Origin: Acidobacterium sp.
GTDB taxonomy: Bacteria; Acidobacteriota; Vicinamibacteria; Vicinamibacterales; UBA2999
Length of the DNA: 64,000 bases
Assembly: GCA_002737365.1 (NCBI GenBank)
Contig: NSIL01000005.1
Span: 54,399 to 118,398 of the forward strand
Reading direction: 5' to 3'
Below the pieces are notes generated by a model that was not told where the DNA came from, did no database searches, and worked only from the letters and a program-made list of their open reading frames with translations. Both the position numbers and the translations under genes were made by a program. Positions 45,093-55,999 of the stretch are shown piece by piece (position 1 is the first letter of the stretch; each line of letters opens with the position of its first letter).

Positions 45093-45116
45093 AGTGCCTG
45101 GGTGACCCCAGGCACT
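45093..45116. terminator. perfect 10-bp stem / 4-nt loop hairpin between convergent DUF3500 and FKBP genes
   Basis: AGTGCCTGGG-TGAC-CCCAGGCACT, 13 nt past the FKBP stop. On the minus strand a T-run (GCTTTTTCC) follows, but about 15 nt away, so this is not a textbook intrinsic terminator. Confidence 0.5.
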
Positions 45117-45128
45117 CCTGGAATCGGT

Positions 45129-45932
45129 CTACTTAATGGCCATGAGTTCGACGTCGAACACCAGCATGCCCTTCGGCTCTCGGCCCTTGTAGGCCAGGCG
45201 TTCAGGAATCCAGAAGCGCATGCTTTCGCCGACGGTCATCAGCTGCACCCCTTCGGTCCAGCCCTCGATGACTTCCCCCAGCCCGAAGGTGGCGGGCGAC
45301 TTGTCCCGTGAGGTGTCGAACATCTTCCCGTCGGTGGTCCACCCTGTATAGTTCACGGTCACGAAGCTGCTCTTGACGGGCGTCGGTCCACCCTTGCCCG
45401 GGCTCAGGGACTTGTAGGCAAGGCCCGACGCGGTCTTCTTCGCGTCGGCGGGCGGTCCGGCCACGTCCGGTGGCGGCGCGCCCGGCGCGACCGCGAACTC
45501 CACCAGTTCGACGTCGAACACGAGCATGCCGGCGGGCCGGGCCGGCTGGCCGTTGTAGGCGAGATGCTGGGGAATCCAGAAGCGGCGCTTCTCGCCCGCC
45601 ACCATCAACTGCAGGCCTTCGCCCCAGCCCTTGATCAGGCGGTTGAGCGGAAAGGTGACCGGCTTGGGCTGCGACAGCGAACTGTCGAACATCTTGCCGT
45701 CGGTCGTCCAGCCGGTATAGTGCACGGTCACCAGGTCGGTCGGACCCGGCTTGGAGGTGCCCTTTGCTGGCGTCAGGACTTTGGAAGCCAGCCCCGACGC
45801 CGTCGTGGCCGCATCGGCGGGCGGCTTGGCCACGTCAGCGGGCGCCGCTACGGTGGCGGACGCCGGACGCTGGGCCGACAACGAGAGGGTGGTCGCAAGG
45901 GTCAAGAGAGCGGTCGAGAACAGGCGAGTCAT
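45129..45932 (-). CDS. secreted FKBP-type peptidyl-prolyl isomerase with two tandem FKBP domains
   Basis: 267 aa with a signal peptide. Two copies of the ...VHYTGWTTDGKMFDSS...GWGEGLQLM...IP...LVFDVELV pattern. Confidence 0.8.
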   Translation of the reverse strand: MTRLFSTALLTLATTLSLSAQRPASATVAAPADVAKPPADAATTASGLASKVLTPAKGTSKPGPTDLVTVHYTGWTTDGKMFDSSLSQPKPVTFPLNRLIKGWGEGLQLMVAGEKRRFWIPQHLAYNGQPARPAGMLVFDVELVEFAVAPGAPPPDVAGPPADAKKTASGLAYKSLSPGKGGPTPVKSSFVTVNYTGWTTDGKMFDTSRDKSPATFGLGEVIEGWTEGVQLMTVGESMRFWIPERLAYKGREPKGMLVFDVELMAIK

Positions 45933-46009
45933 CTCTGTATGGTAATGGCCAAAGGCCTTTCAGCATCGTTCCATACGTGTTACCGTTCCGCCACCCTGGG
46001 CAAGGGCCT

Positions 46010-47134
46010 ATGACCAGTCCTGATTCCCGCGCCAAGTCGAATCGCCTGCTGCTCTCGCCGCAGGAGCCCCTGATCGCAGGTGGCCCCGCCGAGGAGCTGG
46101 AGCGCCGCATTCAGGAGGTGTTCAAGGCGGGCTACGAACACGTCGTGATCGATCTGCGCGGTGTGCCGAACGCCGATAGCGCCGGCATCCGCGCCCTGGT
46201 GCGCGGCCACACGTCGGCGCAACGCCTGAACCGGCGGTTCACGCTGGTCTCGCCGAATCCTCGGGTGCGCGACTTGCTCGAGTTGTCGCTGCTCACCAAC
46301 GTGCTCGAAATCGTTGACTCGCTGGTCGAAGCCAAGACACAGGCAATCCCATGGGACCGCGTGTGGTCGGGCGTGGCGGTGGCGGTGGTTGGACTCGCGT
46401 TGGTGGGTGTGGGCGTGACGTGGCCGGACCTGGGCCTCGAGAACACGCTGCTGACCGGTAATTCGTTTCCCGGCGGCGGCTCGCCAACCCCGGTTAGCAA
46501 CGGCATGTCCCACCCGCTGTTCGAGCTGGCCAAGCTGGTTGCCTCGGCCGTCATCGGCATGCTGGTGACCGTCGTCCACCGTCAGTATCGCCATGAGCGG
46601 ACCGCCAACCCGGCGCTCGACCAGGCGCAAGTGCTGCTGTGCATAGCCGGTGCGCTGATGATGATCATCATCGGCAACTCGGTGGCGCGGGCCTTCGGCA
46701 TTGCCGGCGCCGCCAGCATAATTCGCTTCCGCACCCCGGTCGAGGACGCGCGCGACATCACCATCTTGTTCATCCTGATGGGACTGGGCATGGCGGCCGG
46801 CCTGGGTGCACTGGCGGTGGCGGGCCTAGGCACGTTGTTCCTATGCGCGATGATCCCGATCCTCAATCTCTTCAGCTCGGAGCGGCCGCGCACGATGATG
46901 GTGGAGATCATCTCGGAGGATCGTAATTTTCCGACCGCCTACGTGCATCGCGTGTTCGCGGTCAATGCCATCTCATTCGAACCCCGCGAGGTGTCGCAGG
47001 GTGACGAGGCGACCGCGAAGTACCTCACCACGCTCAAGCCGACCGACTCGCTTGAAGATCTGAGCGGCCAATTGCTGGGCGATGGCAAGAAGGGCGTCAA
47101 GAATGTCTCCTGGTCACCTCCCAAGCGCGCGTAA
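46010..47134 (+). CDS. STAS domain fused to a DUF4956-like polytopic membrane domain
   Basis: N-terminal anti-sigma-antagonist-like fold (HVVIDLRGVPNADSAGIRALV...FTLVSPNPRVRDLLELSLL). About 4 TM helices, and IGNSVARAFGIAGAASIIRFRTPVEDARDITILFILMGLGMAAG, typical of DUF4956. Start at ATG 46010. Confidence 0.6.
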   Translation: MTSPDSRAKSNRLLLSPQEPLIAGGPAEELERRIQEVFKAGYEHVVIDLRGVPNADSAGIRALVRGHTSAQRLNRRFTLVSPNPRVRDLLELSLLTNVLEIVDSLVEAKTQAIPWDRVWSGVAVAVVGLALVGVGVTWPDLGLENTLLTGNSFPGGGSPTPVSNGMSHPLFELAKLVASAVIGMLVTVVHRQYRHERTANPALDQAQVLLCIAGALMMIIIGNSVARAFGIAGAASIIRFRTPVEDARDITILFILMGLGMAAGLGALAVAGLGTLFLCAMIPILNLFSSERPRTMMVEIISEDRNFPTAYVHRVFAVNAISFEPREVSQGDEATAKYLTTLKPTDSLEDLSGQLLGDGKKGVKNVSWSPPKRA

Positions 47135-48035
47135 GCGGCGCGCCAGCCCGCCGGTTCGCAAGGCCGCGGTGACCGGCAAAGAAACGCTGATTCTCGAGCC
47201 CGCCGAACGCAAGGCCGCGTTGCTGCGCGTCATTGGCAGCGCCAGGCGCCGCCTCGTGCTGTCACTGTTTCGCTGCGACGACTTCTCAGTGCTCGACGCG
47301 CTGGCCAGCGCCCTCGAGCGCGGGTGCGAAGTTGAAGCCATCCTCACCAAGCGAGCCAAGGGCGGCAAGAAGCGCCTCAAGAAACTGTGGGACGCGCTCG
47401 AAGAAATGGGCGCTGTCGTCACTCGCTACGGCGACCCGGTAGTGAAGTACCACGCCAAGTACCTGGTCGCTGACGAGGCGACGGCGATTGTCGCCACGCT
47501 CAATCCCACGCGAAAGTGCTTTTCGCGGACCTGGGACGCCGTGTTGATCACCGAGGATGCGTCGGTCGTGTCGGGATTGCTGGCGCTCTTTCGCGCCGAC
47601 TCCACCGGGGCACCGTTGCCGTCGCGCCGGCCGATCAGCCGCCGGTTGATCATCGGTCCCGAGCGCTCGCGCGCCGAGATCCGCGCGCTGATCGCCGGCG
47701 CCAAGCACAGCATCCGCATTCTCGACCACAAGCTCTCGGATCCCGACCTGGTCGGACTGCTGCGCGCACGCCGCAGCGAAGGCATCGCGGTCTCGGTGAT
47801 CGGCCGCCACTCGATGGGCCCGATCGAGCCACACGGCAAGATGATGATCATTGATGAGCAGTGCGCAATTCTGGGCAGCACGGCGCTGTCGACATTAAGC
47901 CTCGACTTCCGTCGCGAGGTCTCAGTAGTGGTTCACCGGCCGGCACTGGTCAAGCAACTCAACCTGGCGTACCAAGCATTGAGCGTGCGCGCCGGCGCGG
48001 CCGCCGCTCATCTTCCCGGAGACCGCATCGCATGA
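47082..48035 (+). CDS. phospholipase D superfamily protein with two HKD motifs
   Basis: HAKYLVAD and HGKMMIIDE (HxKx4D), each followed by a G-S/T-x-N-like segment. No signal peptide. Start ambiguous (47082, 47103 or GTG 47169). Overlaps or abuts the upstream gene. Confidence 0.7.
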   Translation: MARRASRMSPGHLPSARKRRASPPVRKAAVTGKETLILEPAERKAALLRVIGSARRRLVLSLFRCDDFSVLDALASALERGCEVEAILTKRAKGGKKRLKKLWDALEEMGAVVTRYGDPVVKYHAKYLVADEATAIVATLNPTRKCFSRTWDAVLITEDASVVSGLLALFRADSTGAPLPSRRPISRRLIIGPERSRAEIRALIAGAKHSIRILDHKLSDPDLVGLLRARRSEGIAVSVIGRHSMGPIEPHGKMMIIDEQCAILGSTALSTLSLDFRREVSVVVHRPALVKQLNLAYQALSVRAGAAAAHLPGDRIA

Positions 48036-49285
48036 GGAAGATTCTGTTGACCGCACTGTTCGTGGCTGTCTGCGCGGCTGGTGCGGCAGCCCAGGACCGC
48101 GGGTTGACGTGGAACGACGACCGGCCGACCATCGTCTTTGGTGAGGACATCACCATCGGGATCCGCGGCCGGCTGCAGCTCGATTGGCGCCAGTTCGATC
48201 CTGAGGTCGACGAGGACACGTTTGACTTCCGCACCGCCCGGATCGGCCTCCAGGGTGACGTGACCAAGCATTTCAGCTACGAGATCGAGCGCGAGATCGA
48301 GCGCGAAGCGCAGTTCGGTGACTGGAAGGACGTTTACCTGGCTTGGAAGACCTACGATGCGTTCCGCATCAAGGCCGGCCGGTTCAAGATGCCGTTCGGT
48401 CTCGAGCAGAACACCGGTCCGACGGAAACCGATTTCGCCTACCGCAGCCTGATCTCGACGGCCATCGCTCCGGGGCGCGATCGGGGCGCGATGGTCTATG
48501 GCGAACTGGGACGCCTCGGCTATGAAGTCGGTGTCTTCGATGACGATGGCGCTAATGCCGAATTGGAGGAAGAGCGCTTCGCCGTCGAGGGTGAGGATCT
48601 CGCAGGGGTTGGTCCCTCGTACGCCGGTCGCATCACCGGCGATCTCTTCAGGCTGCTGCCGGTGCCCGCTAAGCTGAAGAGTGCCAACTTCGGGCTGGCC
48701 TACACCAACGCCGACGTTCCCGAAGGACTCAACAGCTTGAAGGGCGAATCCGTGTTTGGCTCGGATTTCTTCAAGCGGGTTTACGTCAAGGGCCGGCGCC
48801 AGCGCCTCGGCGCACAGTTCGACTGGACGCCAGGAGCGACCGGCCTGAAAGCCGAGTGGATGCAGGCGCGCGAACAGCGCCTCGGTCAGAGCAACCGCAA
48901 CGAGGACCTGTCCGACTTCCTCTCGACCGGCTGGTACGTGAGCGGTACCTGGTTCATCACGGGCGAGGACAAGGACGACAACATCAATCCGCGCCAGCCG
49001 TTATTTCACGGCGGCGTTGGCGCCGTCGAGTTGGGTGTGCGCTACGACGAGCTCACGCTGAGCAGCGCGCGCTCGGAAGGCACCGCGTTCACCAACCCGC
49101 GCGCTGATCACCAGCTGCCGAACTCCGATCGCACCTGGACCTTCGGCGTGAGCTGGATGCCCATTCGCTGGGTGCGGGTGGTGACCAATGCTATTTACGA
49201 GACGTTTGCTGATGTCTCGCGTGCGCCCAACACGGGTGTCGCGTCCTACTGGGCAGGTCTGGTGAGGTTGCAAGTTGTCTTCTAG
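48032..49285 (+). CDS. phosphate-selective porin O/P family outer-membrane protein
   Basis: Signal peptide MRKILLTALFVAVCAAGAAAQ. FDFRTARIGLQGDV and RIKAGRFKMPFGLEQ blocks typical of OprO/OprP. ATGA overlap with the PLD gene stop. Confidence 0.65.
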   Translation: MRKILLTALFVAVCAAGAAAQDRGLTWNDDRPTIVFGEDITIGIRGRLQLDWRQFDPEVDEDTFDFRTARIGLQGDVTKHFSYEIEREIEREAQFGDWKDVYLAWKTYDAFRIKAGRFKMPFGLEQNTGPTETDFAYRSLISTAIAPGRDRGAMVYGELGRLGYEVGVFDDDGANAELEEERFAVEGEDLAGVGPSYAGRITGDLFRLLPVPAKLKSANFGLAYTNADVPEGLNSLKGESVFGSDFFKRVYVKGRRQRLGAQFDWTPGATGLKAEWMQAREQRLGQSNRNEDLSDFLSTGWYVSGTWFITGEDKDDNINPRQPLFHGGVGAVELGVRYDELTLSSARSEGTAFTNPRADHQLPNSDRTWTFGVSWMPIRWVRVVTNAIYETFADVSRAPNTGVASYWAGLVRLQVVF

Positions 49286-49304
49286 TCCCCACCGGAATGG
49301 CGGA

Positions 49305-50543
49305 ATGAAGTTGGCGGTCGGACGCTGCCTGTTGGCCGTGGTGATCGTGGTGTGCGCAGCGGGCGGCGCCGCGGCACAGACGTCCGACGACTTTTTCAAT
49401 CCCGAGATTCTGCAGCGCGTCGACCTGTGGATGAACTCGTTGGATTGGGCGAAGCTCAAGGCGGCTTTCCAGGAGAACACCTATTACCCCGCTGATGTGA
49501 CGTGGAACGGCCAGACCGTTCGCAACGTCGGCATCCGCTCGCGCGGGCTGGGCTCACGCAGCAGCACCAAGCCGGGCCTGCGGGTCGACTTCGACCGCTA
49601 CGCCACCGACCAGACCTTTCTCGGCCTCAAGTCGTTCGTGCTCGACAACCTGACGCAGGACAAGTCAGGCATTCGCGAGACCGTCGCCATGCGGTTCCTG
49701 ACGCGGCTGGGTATTCCCGCGCCGCGCGAGACGCACACCAAGCTCTACATCAACGGCACCTACTCTGGCCTCTACGCGTTGGTCGAGTCCGTTGACAAGA
49801 CCATGATGGGGCGTGTCTTTGGCAGCATTGGTGACGATGTGCAGAACGACGGCTACCTGTTTGAGTACAACTACGTGGTCGGCAGCCCGTGGACCTTTGG
49901 TTACGAGGGATCCGACCTCGCCCTGTACAAGGCACGCTTCGACATCAAGACCAACCAGAGCAAGAGCGACACGACGATCTGGGGGCCGATCGAGGAACTG
50001 GTGCGGCTCGTCAACAACACCGCCTCGGCGAGCTTCGAGGCGACGGTCGGCCCGCAGCTGGACCTGAGCGCCTTCGTTCGCTACATCGCGGCGCAGAACT
50101 TCATTGCGCAGAATGACGGGTTCAATGGCTACGCCGGCATGAACAACTTCTACTTCTACCGGCTGGAGGCCAGCACCAGCCACGTCTTCATCGCGTGGGA
50201 CGAAGACAACGCGTTCGTGTCACCAGATTTCCAGATCACGACCCGCCTCAACGACAACCTCCTGACGCGCAACACGCTGCAGCTCCCGGCCTACAGCAGC
50301 AAGTATTTCGAGGGCTTGCTCGCGGCTGCGACCTCAGCGGATGGCTGGATGCAGGCGGAGATGCAGCGCCAGTTCACGATGATCTCGGCGGCGATGCAGG
50401 ACGACACGGTCAAGCCGTACACCAATGCCGAGCACACGGCCGACCGTGACACCATGCTGGCGTTCGCGCCGGCACGGATCAGTTACGTGCGGTGCGAGGT
50501 CGCGAAGACCGTCGCGACGACACGTCCGGCTGGCTGTTCGTAA
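49305..50543 (+). CDS. secreted CotH kinase family protein
   Basis: Signal peptide MKLAVGRCLLAVVIVVCAAGGAAAQ. KSFVLDNLTQDKSGIRE..., LYINGTYSGLYALVESVD, NNFYFYRLE...FIAWDEDNAF, typical CotH blocks. Confidence 0.65.
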   Translation: MKLAVGRCLLAVVIVVCAAGGAAAQTSDDFFNPEILQRVDLWMNSLDWAKLKAAFQENTYYPADVTWNGQTVRNVGIRSRGLGSRSSTKPGLRVDFDRYATDQTFLGLKSFVLDNLTQDKSGIRETVAMRFLTRLGIPAPRETHTKLYINGTYSGLYALVESVDKTMMGRVFGSIGDDVQNDGYLFEYNYVVGSPWTFGYEGSDLALYKARFDIKTNQSKSDTTIWGPIEELVRLVNNTASASFEATVGPQLDLSAFVRYIAAQNFIAQNDGFNGYAGMNNFYFYRLEASTSHVFIAWDEDNAFVSPDFQITTRLNDNLLTRNTLQLPAYSSKYFEGLLAAATSADGWMQAEMQRQFTMISAAMQDDTVKPYTNAEHTADRDTMLAFAPARISYVRCEVAKTVATTRPAGCS

Positions 50544-51144
50544 CCGCCGCGACGGCCTGGTCGAATCCTTTTCCCTCGAGCCGATAGACCCGCCGGCCGC
50601 GCGCGCTTCTGAGGGCGTCGATCACGTTGGCGCGCGACTGCTTCGGCAGGCGCCGTGACGCCGCCGGCGCAAGCAGCGCTGCACAGTATTCCGGATAACT
50701 ACGGTCGAGCCGCGGCTTCCAGCCCCGATCCAGCTTGCGTTCGCGAGCCAGGGCCTGCACATCTGGCACCGGCGCAAACCGCAGCAACTCGCGCAGCCAC
50801 TGTTCGGGCAGGCCGCGGCCAGCACCGAACGCGATCGCAGTTTCGAGGTACGGCGCCGCAATCACGACCGCGCCACTCTCAAGCGCGGGAGCGATTTCCC
50901 AACGCAGGCGGAAGGCGAGGTCGGCTGCGTAGAGCAATGACAATGTGCGGGCTGATGCGGTGCCCGGCTGATCGGTCTGCGCGAGTTCGCCGAATAGGCC
51001 AGAGGCATCCCAGCGGCTGATCACGCAGGTGACGCCCAGTTCCCGCAGCTCGGCCGCCAATCGTTCCGCCGACTTCGCGATGTCGGCGCCCCGTGACCCA
51101 TCGAGGGCGATCAGGCGCGCGTGGCTTGGGAGTTTCGGAGCCAT
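50479..51144 (-). CDS. thymidylate-kinase-fold protein with degenerate P-loop and DRY motif (probable pseudokinase)
   Basis: Collinear with Tmk. The P-loop is replaced by LDGSRGADIAKS and the DR(Y/H) motif by AAPY (VVIAAPYLETAIAFGAGRGL). Start at ATG 51144 or 51177. Overlaps the upstream paralog. Confidence 0.45.
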   Translation of the reverse strand: MAPKLPSHARLIALDGSRGADIAKSAERLAAELRELGVTCVISRWDASGLFGELAQTDQPGTASARTLSLLYAADLAFRLRWEIAPALESGAVVIAAPYLETAIAFGAGRGLPEQWLRELLRFAPVPDVQALARERKLDRGWKPRLDRSYPEYCAALLAPAASRRLPKQSRANVIDALRSARGRRVYRLEGKGFDQAVAAVTNSQPDVSSRRSSRPRTARN

Positions 51145-51866
51145 TCTTCCACAGCGTCCTTGCTGAAGTCGGTCCACGGCCGTTTCGCCACGGATTCAAC
51201 CAACTCCCGTACTCGGGTGTGCTGCCGATACACGGCATCGCCAGCGTCGACGGTGACAAACTTGAAAATCACGGCCAGGTTTTCGTACTCGGTGACGACG
51301 CGATCGATGAACTGGCCGTAGCTGGCCAGCGGGTCGTCCAAACCGGTCACGTCCTGGCCCGCCTCGTAGAAATGGGGCGACCGAGTCGAGGCTATTCGTC
51401 GCTGCGAGTCCTCGGGGGTCATCGCGAAGTAGATCACCAGGTCTGGCCACAGCAACGGCGTGTAGGCATGCAGCAGCCAGTCGAGGTCAAGTCCGCGGGC
51501 GGCATCGCGCGCGAGCGCGGTGAAGAGGTAACGGTCCGCCAGCACCGTCTGGCCGGCCCACAGGGCGGGCAGAATCGACGTCTCGATGCGATGTCGAAAG
51601 TCGACGGCATGAAGAAGGGAGTATTCCTGGGTCGACAGCGTGCGGATCTTCTTGCGGGCATTGAGCAGCGGCTGGACGAGGGGCGACGAGGCCCAGCGCG
51701 TGGACACCACGTCGTGTCCTTCGCTTTCGAGCCAGGTCTTGAGGAGTCTGCGCTGGGTAGTCTTGCCTGAGCCGTCCGGGCCTTCAAACGCAATCAGCAG
51801 GCCACGCGTGCCTTCCCGCTCCGCAATCAACTGCTTGAGTGTTCGGGCCGATGCTATCCGCGCCAT
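51111..51866 (-). CDS. thymidylate kinase-like P-loop protein with C-terminal extension
   Basis: 251 aa. Intact P-loop FEGPDGSGKTTQ and DRY motif (LADRYLFTALARDAARGL). The TMP-binding REPGGT block is replaced by TRWASSP. TAGAAT lies 9 nt upstream of the ATG and includes the sucB stop codon. Confidence 0.6.
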   Translation of the reverse strand: MARIASARTLKQLIAEREGTRGLLIAFEGPDGSGKTTQRRLLKTWLESEGHDVVSTRWASSPLVQPLLNARKKIRTLSTQEYSLLHAVDFRHRIETSILPALWAGQTVLADRYLFTALARDAARGLDLDWLLHAYTPLLWPDLVIYFAMTPEDSQRRIASTRSPHFYEAGQDVTGLDDPLASYGQFIDRVVTEYENLAVIFKFVTVDAGDAVYRQHTRVRELVESVAKRPWTDFSKDAVEEWLRNSQATRA

Positions 51867-51878
51867 CAGCCTGCCATT

Positions 51879-53054
<1,176 letters not shown>

Positions 53055-53059
53055 TTTTC

Positions 53060-55873
53060 CTAGACCTGTTTCGAGAGCACGCGATCGAGTTCTTTTGTCT
53101 CGGCCTTCGCTTCGAAGACCTGTTCGACAATGGCGCGCTGGTTGACGGCGTGCCAACTCGACGAGCCCTCAGACGGGCTCGAATTGCGGGCGCGGCCGAT
53201 GTAGCGTAGCGGGTAGCGCTGGTCGACGAGCTCTTCGAGCAGCGGGCGCACGAATTCCCACGCGCCCATGTTCTCCGGCTCTTCCTGCACCCAGCAGACC
53301 TCGCGCAGCTTCGGGTAGCGCGCCATGACCTCGCGAATCGCGGTGTCCGGGAACGGATAAAGCTGCTCGACCCGGGCAATGGCGATGTTGGGGCTGTCCT
53401 TGCGCTGCTCGCTGGTCATCAGGTCGACCGCGACCTTGCCGCTGCACAACACCAGGCGGCGGACCTTGCCCGCCTGCGCCGTCGTCATGCCATCGTCGAT
53501 CACCCGCTGGAACTTACCGTCGGCCAATTCGGCCGGCGTCGAGGCCGTAAACGCGTGGCGCAGCAGGCTCTTGGGCGTCATCACGACGAGCGGCAGCGGA
53601 TCGGTGTTCAACAGCAGCGCCTGGCGCCGCAGCACATGAAAGTACTGTGCGGCCGTCGTGCAATTGACGACGCGGATGTTAGTGTCGGCGGCGGCGTTCA
53701 GAAAGCGTTCGAGCCGGGCACTCGAATGATCAGGGCCCTGCCCCTCGTAGCCATGCGGCAGCAGCAGCACCAACGACGGCGACATGCCCCACTTGGCGCG
53801 GCTCGACGTCAAATACTCATCGAGGATGATCTGCGCGCCGTTGATGAAGTCGCCGTACTGCGCTTCCCACATCACCAGCCGGCCAGGTTCCTGCAGGCTG
53901 TAGCCGAGTTCGAAGCCGACGCAGGCGTACTCGGACAGCGGGCTGTTGCGGATTTCGAACGCCGCGGTGGCCAGCTTCAGCTGCTGCAGCGGCACATGCT
54001 CGGCGCCGGTCACCGAGTCGTGGTAGACCGCGTGACGATGGCTGAAGGTGCCGCGCTCGACGTCTTCACCGGTGAACCGGATCGCAATGCCATCGGCCAG
54101 GATTGAGGCCAGTGCCAACTCTTCGGCGGCCGCCCAGTCGATGCTGCGCTCCGCCGCATCGGCAAAGATTGCCTTGCGCCGCTCGCGCCCGCGCTCAAGC
54201 TTGCGGTGCACGATAAATCCCTCGGGTACCTGCAGCAGGTCGGCGTTCAGCGCAGCGAGACGAGCGAGGGGCAGGGCGGTCTTTGCCTTGGTGGCAGCAC
54301 CGCTCGGCGGCACCTCGGGCACCGGCGGAATGTAATCCTGCTCGGGCTTGACTGCGGCATAGGCCTGTTCGAGCGCGGTCATGCGCTCGCGCACCATCTC
54401 GTCGGCACGTTCCTGCGTGATGGTGCCGGCCCCGACCAGCGCGCGCGCGTACTGCTCGCGGACGGTGGGGTGCGCGCTGACAATCTGGTAGACCGCCGGC
54501 TGCGTGAACGCCGGCTCGTCGCCTTCGTTGTGGCCATAGCGTCGGTAGCCGACCAGGTCGATCAGGTAGTCGAGCTTGAAACGCTGGCGGTAGGAGATCG
54601 CGAGCCGCGCCGCCTCGATGCACGCGACCGGATCGTCGGCGTTGACGTGCGTAATCGGGATCTTGAAGCCGCGCGCCAGGCCGCTGGCGTAGCTGGTGCT
54701 GAACGACTCTTCCGGGTCGGTGGTGAACCCGACCTGGTTGTTGGCAATGATGTGGATGATGCCGCCGACGTCGTAGCCTTCGAGCCGCGACAGGTTCAGG
54801 GTCTCGGCGACGACGCCCTGGCCGGGGAAGGCCGCGTCGCCGTGGATCAGGATGGCGAGCACCTTGCCCTTGTCGACGATGGCCGGTCCTGGTTGGTCCA
54901 CCGAGGTGGCGGCCGCGCGCGCCATGCCGTTCAGTACCGGGTCTACCGCTTCGAGGTGGCTCGGGTTGGGCGGCATCGAGATCACCACCTGCTTTGGCAA
55001 TCCTTCGGGTTGCGCCTCGATCCGCGCGCCGGCGTGGTACTTCACGTCGCCCATCCATCCGAGGTCAACTCGCAGCCGGTCCTTCAGGAGCGGGTCCTTG
55101 AACTCGGCCAAGATCTGGGTGTAGGACTTCTGCAGGATGTGCGCGAGCACGTTCAGCCGCCCGCGGTGCGCCATCGCGATCATCACGTGTTGTACGCCGC
55201 CCTCGGCGGCGTCGTGGATGATCTCGTCGATGATCGGCACCATCAGGTCGAGGCCTTCGATCGAGAACCGCGTCTTGCCGGGGAAGGTCCGGTGCAGGAA
55301 GCGCTCGAAGGTCTCGACTTGGGTGATGCGGTCGAGCAGCTCGACGCCGTTGATCGGATCGACCGGCGGCCGGAACTGTCCCGACTCCACGGCCTGCCGC
55401 AACCACTGGCGTTCGTCGGGGACGAACACGTGGCTGTAATCGTGGCCGGTGGTCGAGCAGTAGACCTCGCGCAAGCGCGCGAGGGCCTCGAAGGCGTTGG
55501 CGGCGCCGGCCGCCGCCGGTCCCGAGACAATCGAGGCCGGCAGTTTCTTCAGCGCGTCGGCGGTCAAGCCGTGCGACAGCGGATTGAGCGACGGGTCGCC
55601 AATCGGATCGTGAAAGCCGAGCGGATCGAGACGCGCCGCGAGGTGCCCGAATCGGCGGATCTTACCGGCCAGGGTGAAGGCGGCGATGCCCGCTGTCAGG
55701 TCGGCGGGCGCCCGCCGCAGCTGAGCGGAGTCATCTTGAGCGAAGGCGGGCGTCCAGGTAGCAAACGCCCGGCGGGTCGACTCGTCCACCGACGAGGGGT
55801 CACGCTGATAGCGCTCGAACAACTCGTAGACATACCCCGCGTTGGCCCCGGTAAACTGGTCCCACGGGTTCAT
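53060..55873 (-). CDS. sucA: 2-oxoglutarate dehydrogenase E1 component
   Basis: 937 aa. [15 protein letters not shown]-terminus, [35 protein letters not shown] and [23 protein letters not shown]. Confidence 0.9.
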   Translation of the reverse strand: MNPWDQFTGANAGYVYELFERYQRDPSSVDESTRRAFATWTPAFAQDDSAQLRRAPADLTAGIAAFTLAGKIRRFGHLAARLDPLGFHDPIGDPSLNPLSHGLTADALKKLPASIVSGPAAAGAANAFEALARLREVYCSTTGHDYSHVFVPDERQWLRQAVESGQFRPPVDPINGVELLDRITQVETFERFLHRTFPGKTRFSIEGLDLMVPIIDEIIHDAAEGGVQHVMIAMAHRGRLNVLAHILQKSYTQILAEFKDPLLKDRLRVDLGWMGDVKYHAGARIEAQPEGLPKQVVISMPPNPSHLEAVDPVLNGMARAAATSVDQPGPAIVDKGKVLAILIHGDAAFPGQGVVAETLNLSRLEGYDVGGIIHIIANNQVGFTTDPEESFSTSYASGLARGFKIPITHVNADDPVACIEAARLAISYRQRFKLDYLIDLVGYRRYGHNEGDEPAFTQPAVYQIVSAHPTVREQYARALVGAGTITQERADEMVRERMTALEQAYAAVKPEQDYIPPVPEVPPSGAATKAKTALPLARLAALNADLLQVPEGFIVHRKLERGRERRKAIFADAAERSIDWAAAEELALASILADGIAIRFTGEDVERGTFSHRHAVYHDSVTGAEHVPLQQLKLATAAFEIRNSPLSEYACVGFELGYSLQEPGRLVMWEAQYGDFINGAQIILDEYLTSSRAKWGMSPSLVLLLPHGYEGQGPDHSSARLERFLNAAADTNIRVVNCTTAAQYFHVLRRQALLLNTDPLPLVVMTPKSLLRHAFTASTPAELADGKFQRVIDDGMTTAQAGKVRRLVLCSGKVAVDLMTSEQRKDSPNIAIARVEQLYPFPDTAIREVMARYPKLREVCWVQEEPENMGAWEFVRPLLEELVDQRYPLRYIGRARNSSPSEGSSSWHAVNQRAIVEQVFEAKAETKELDRVLSKQV

Positions 55874-55999
55874 AACCTTTCTATTTTAACCCGCCTTCGC
55901 CCTTCGGGCTGCCGCCTTCGCACTTTTGCGCTACGGCGGACGAGACGGCGCGGCAGGCAGTGCACGGCAGAGACAAAGAATGACGGAAAACCCAACCGC

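Noticed and set aside
45951-45960. Perfect palindrome AAAGGCCTTT upstream of the FKBP gene as an operator
   Set aside because: It is short and A/T-G/C simple, is a single copy, and lies upstream of the -35 region. It cannot be distinguished from chance.
54206-55999. 5' two-thirds of the 875-aa plus-strand ORF
   Set aside because: This part is antisense to sucA and not coding-like. Only the C-terminal ~277 aa (from about 56000) match a Cof-type HAD phosphatase.
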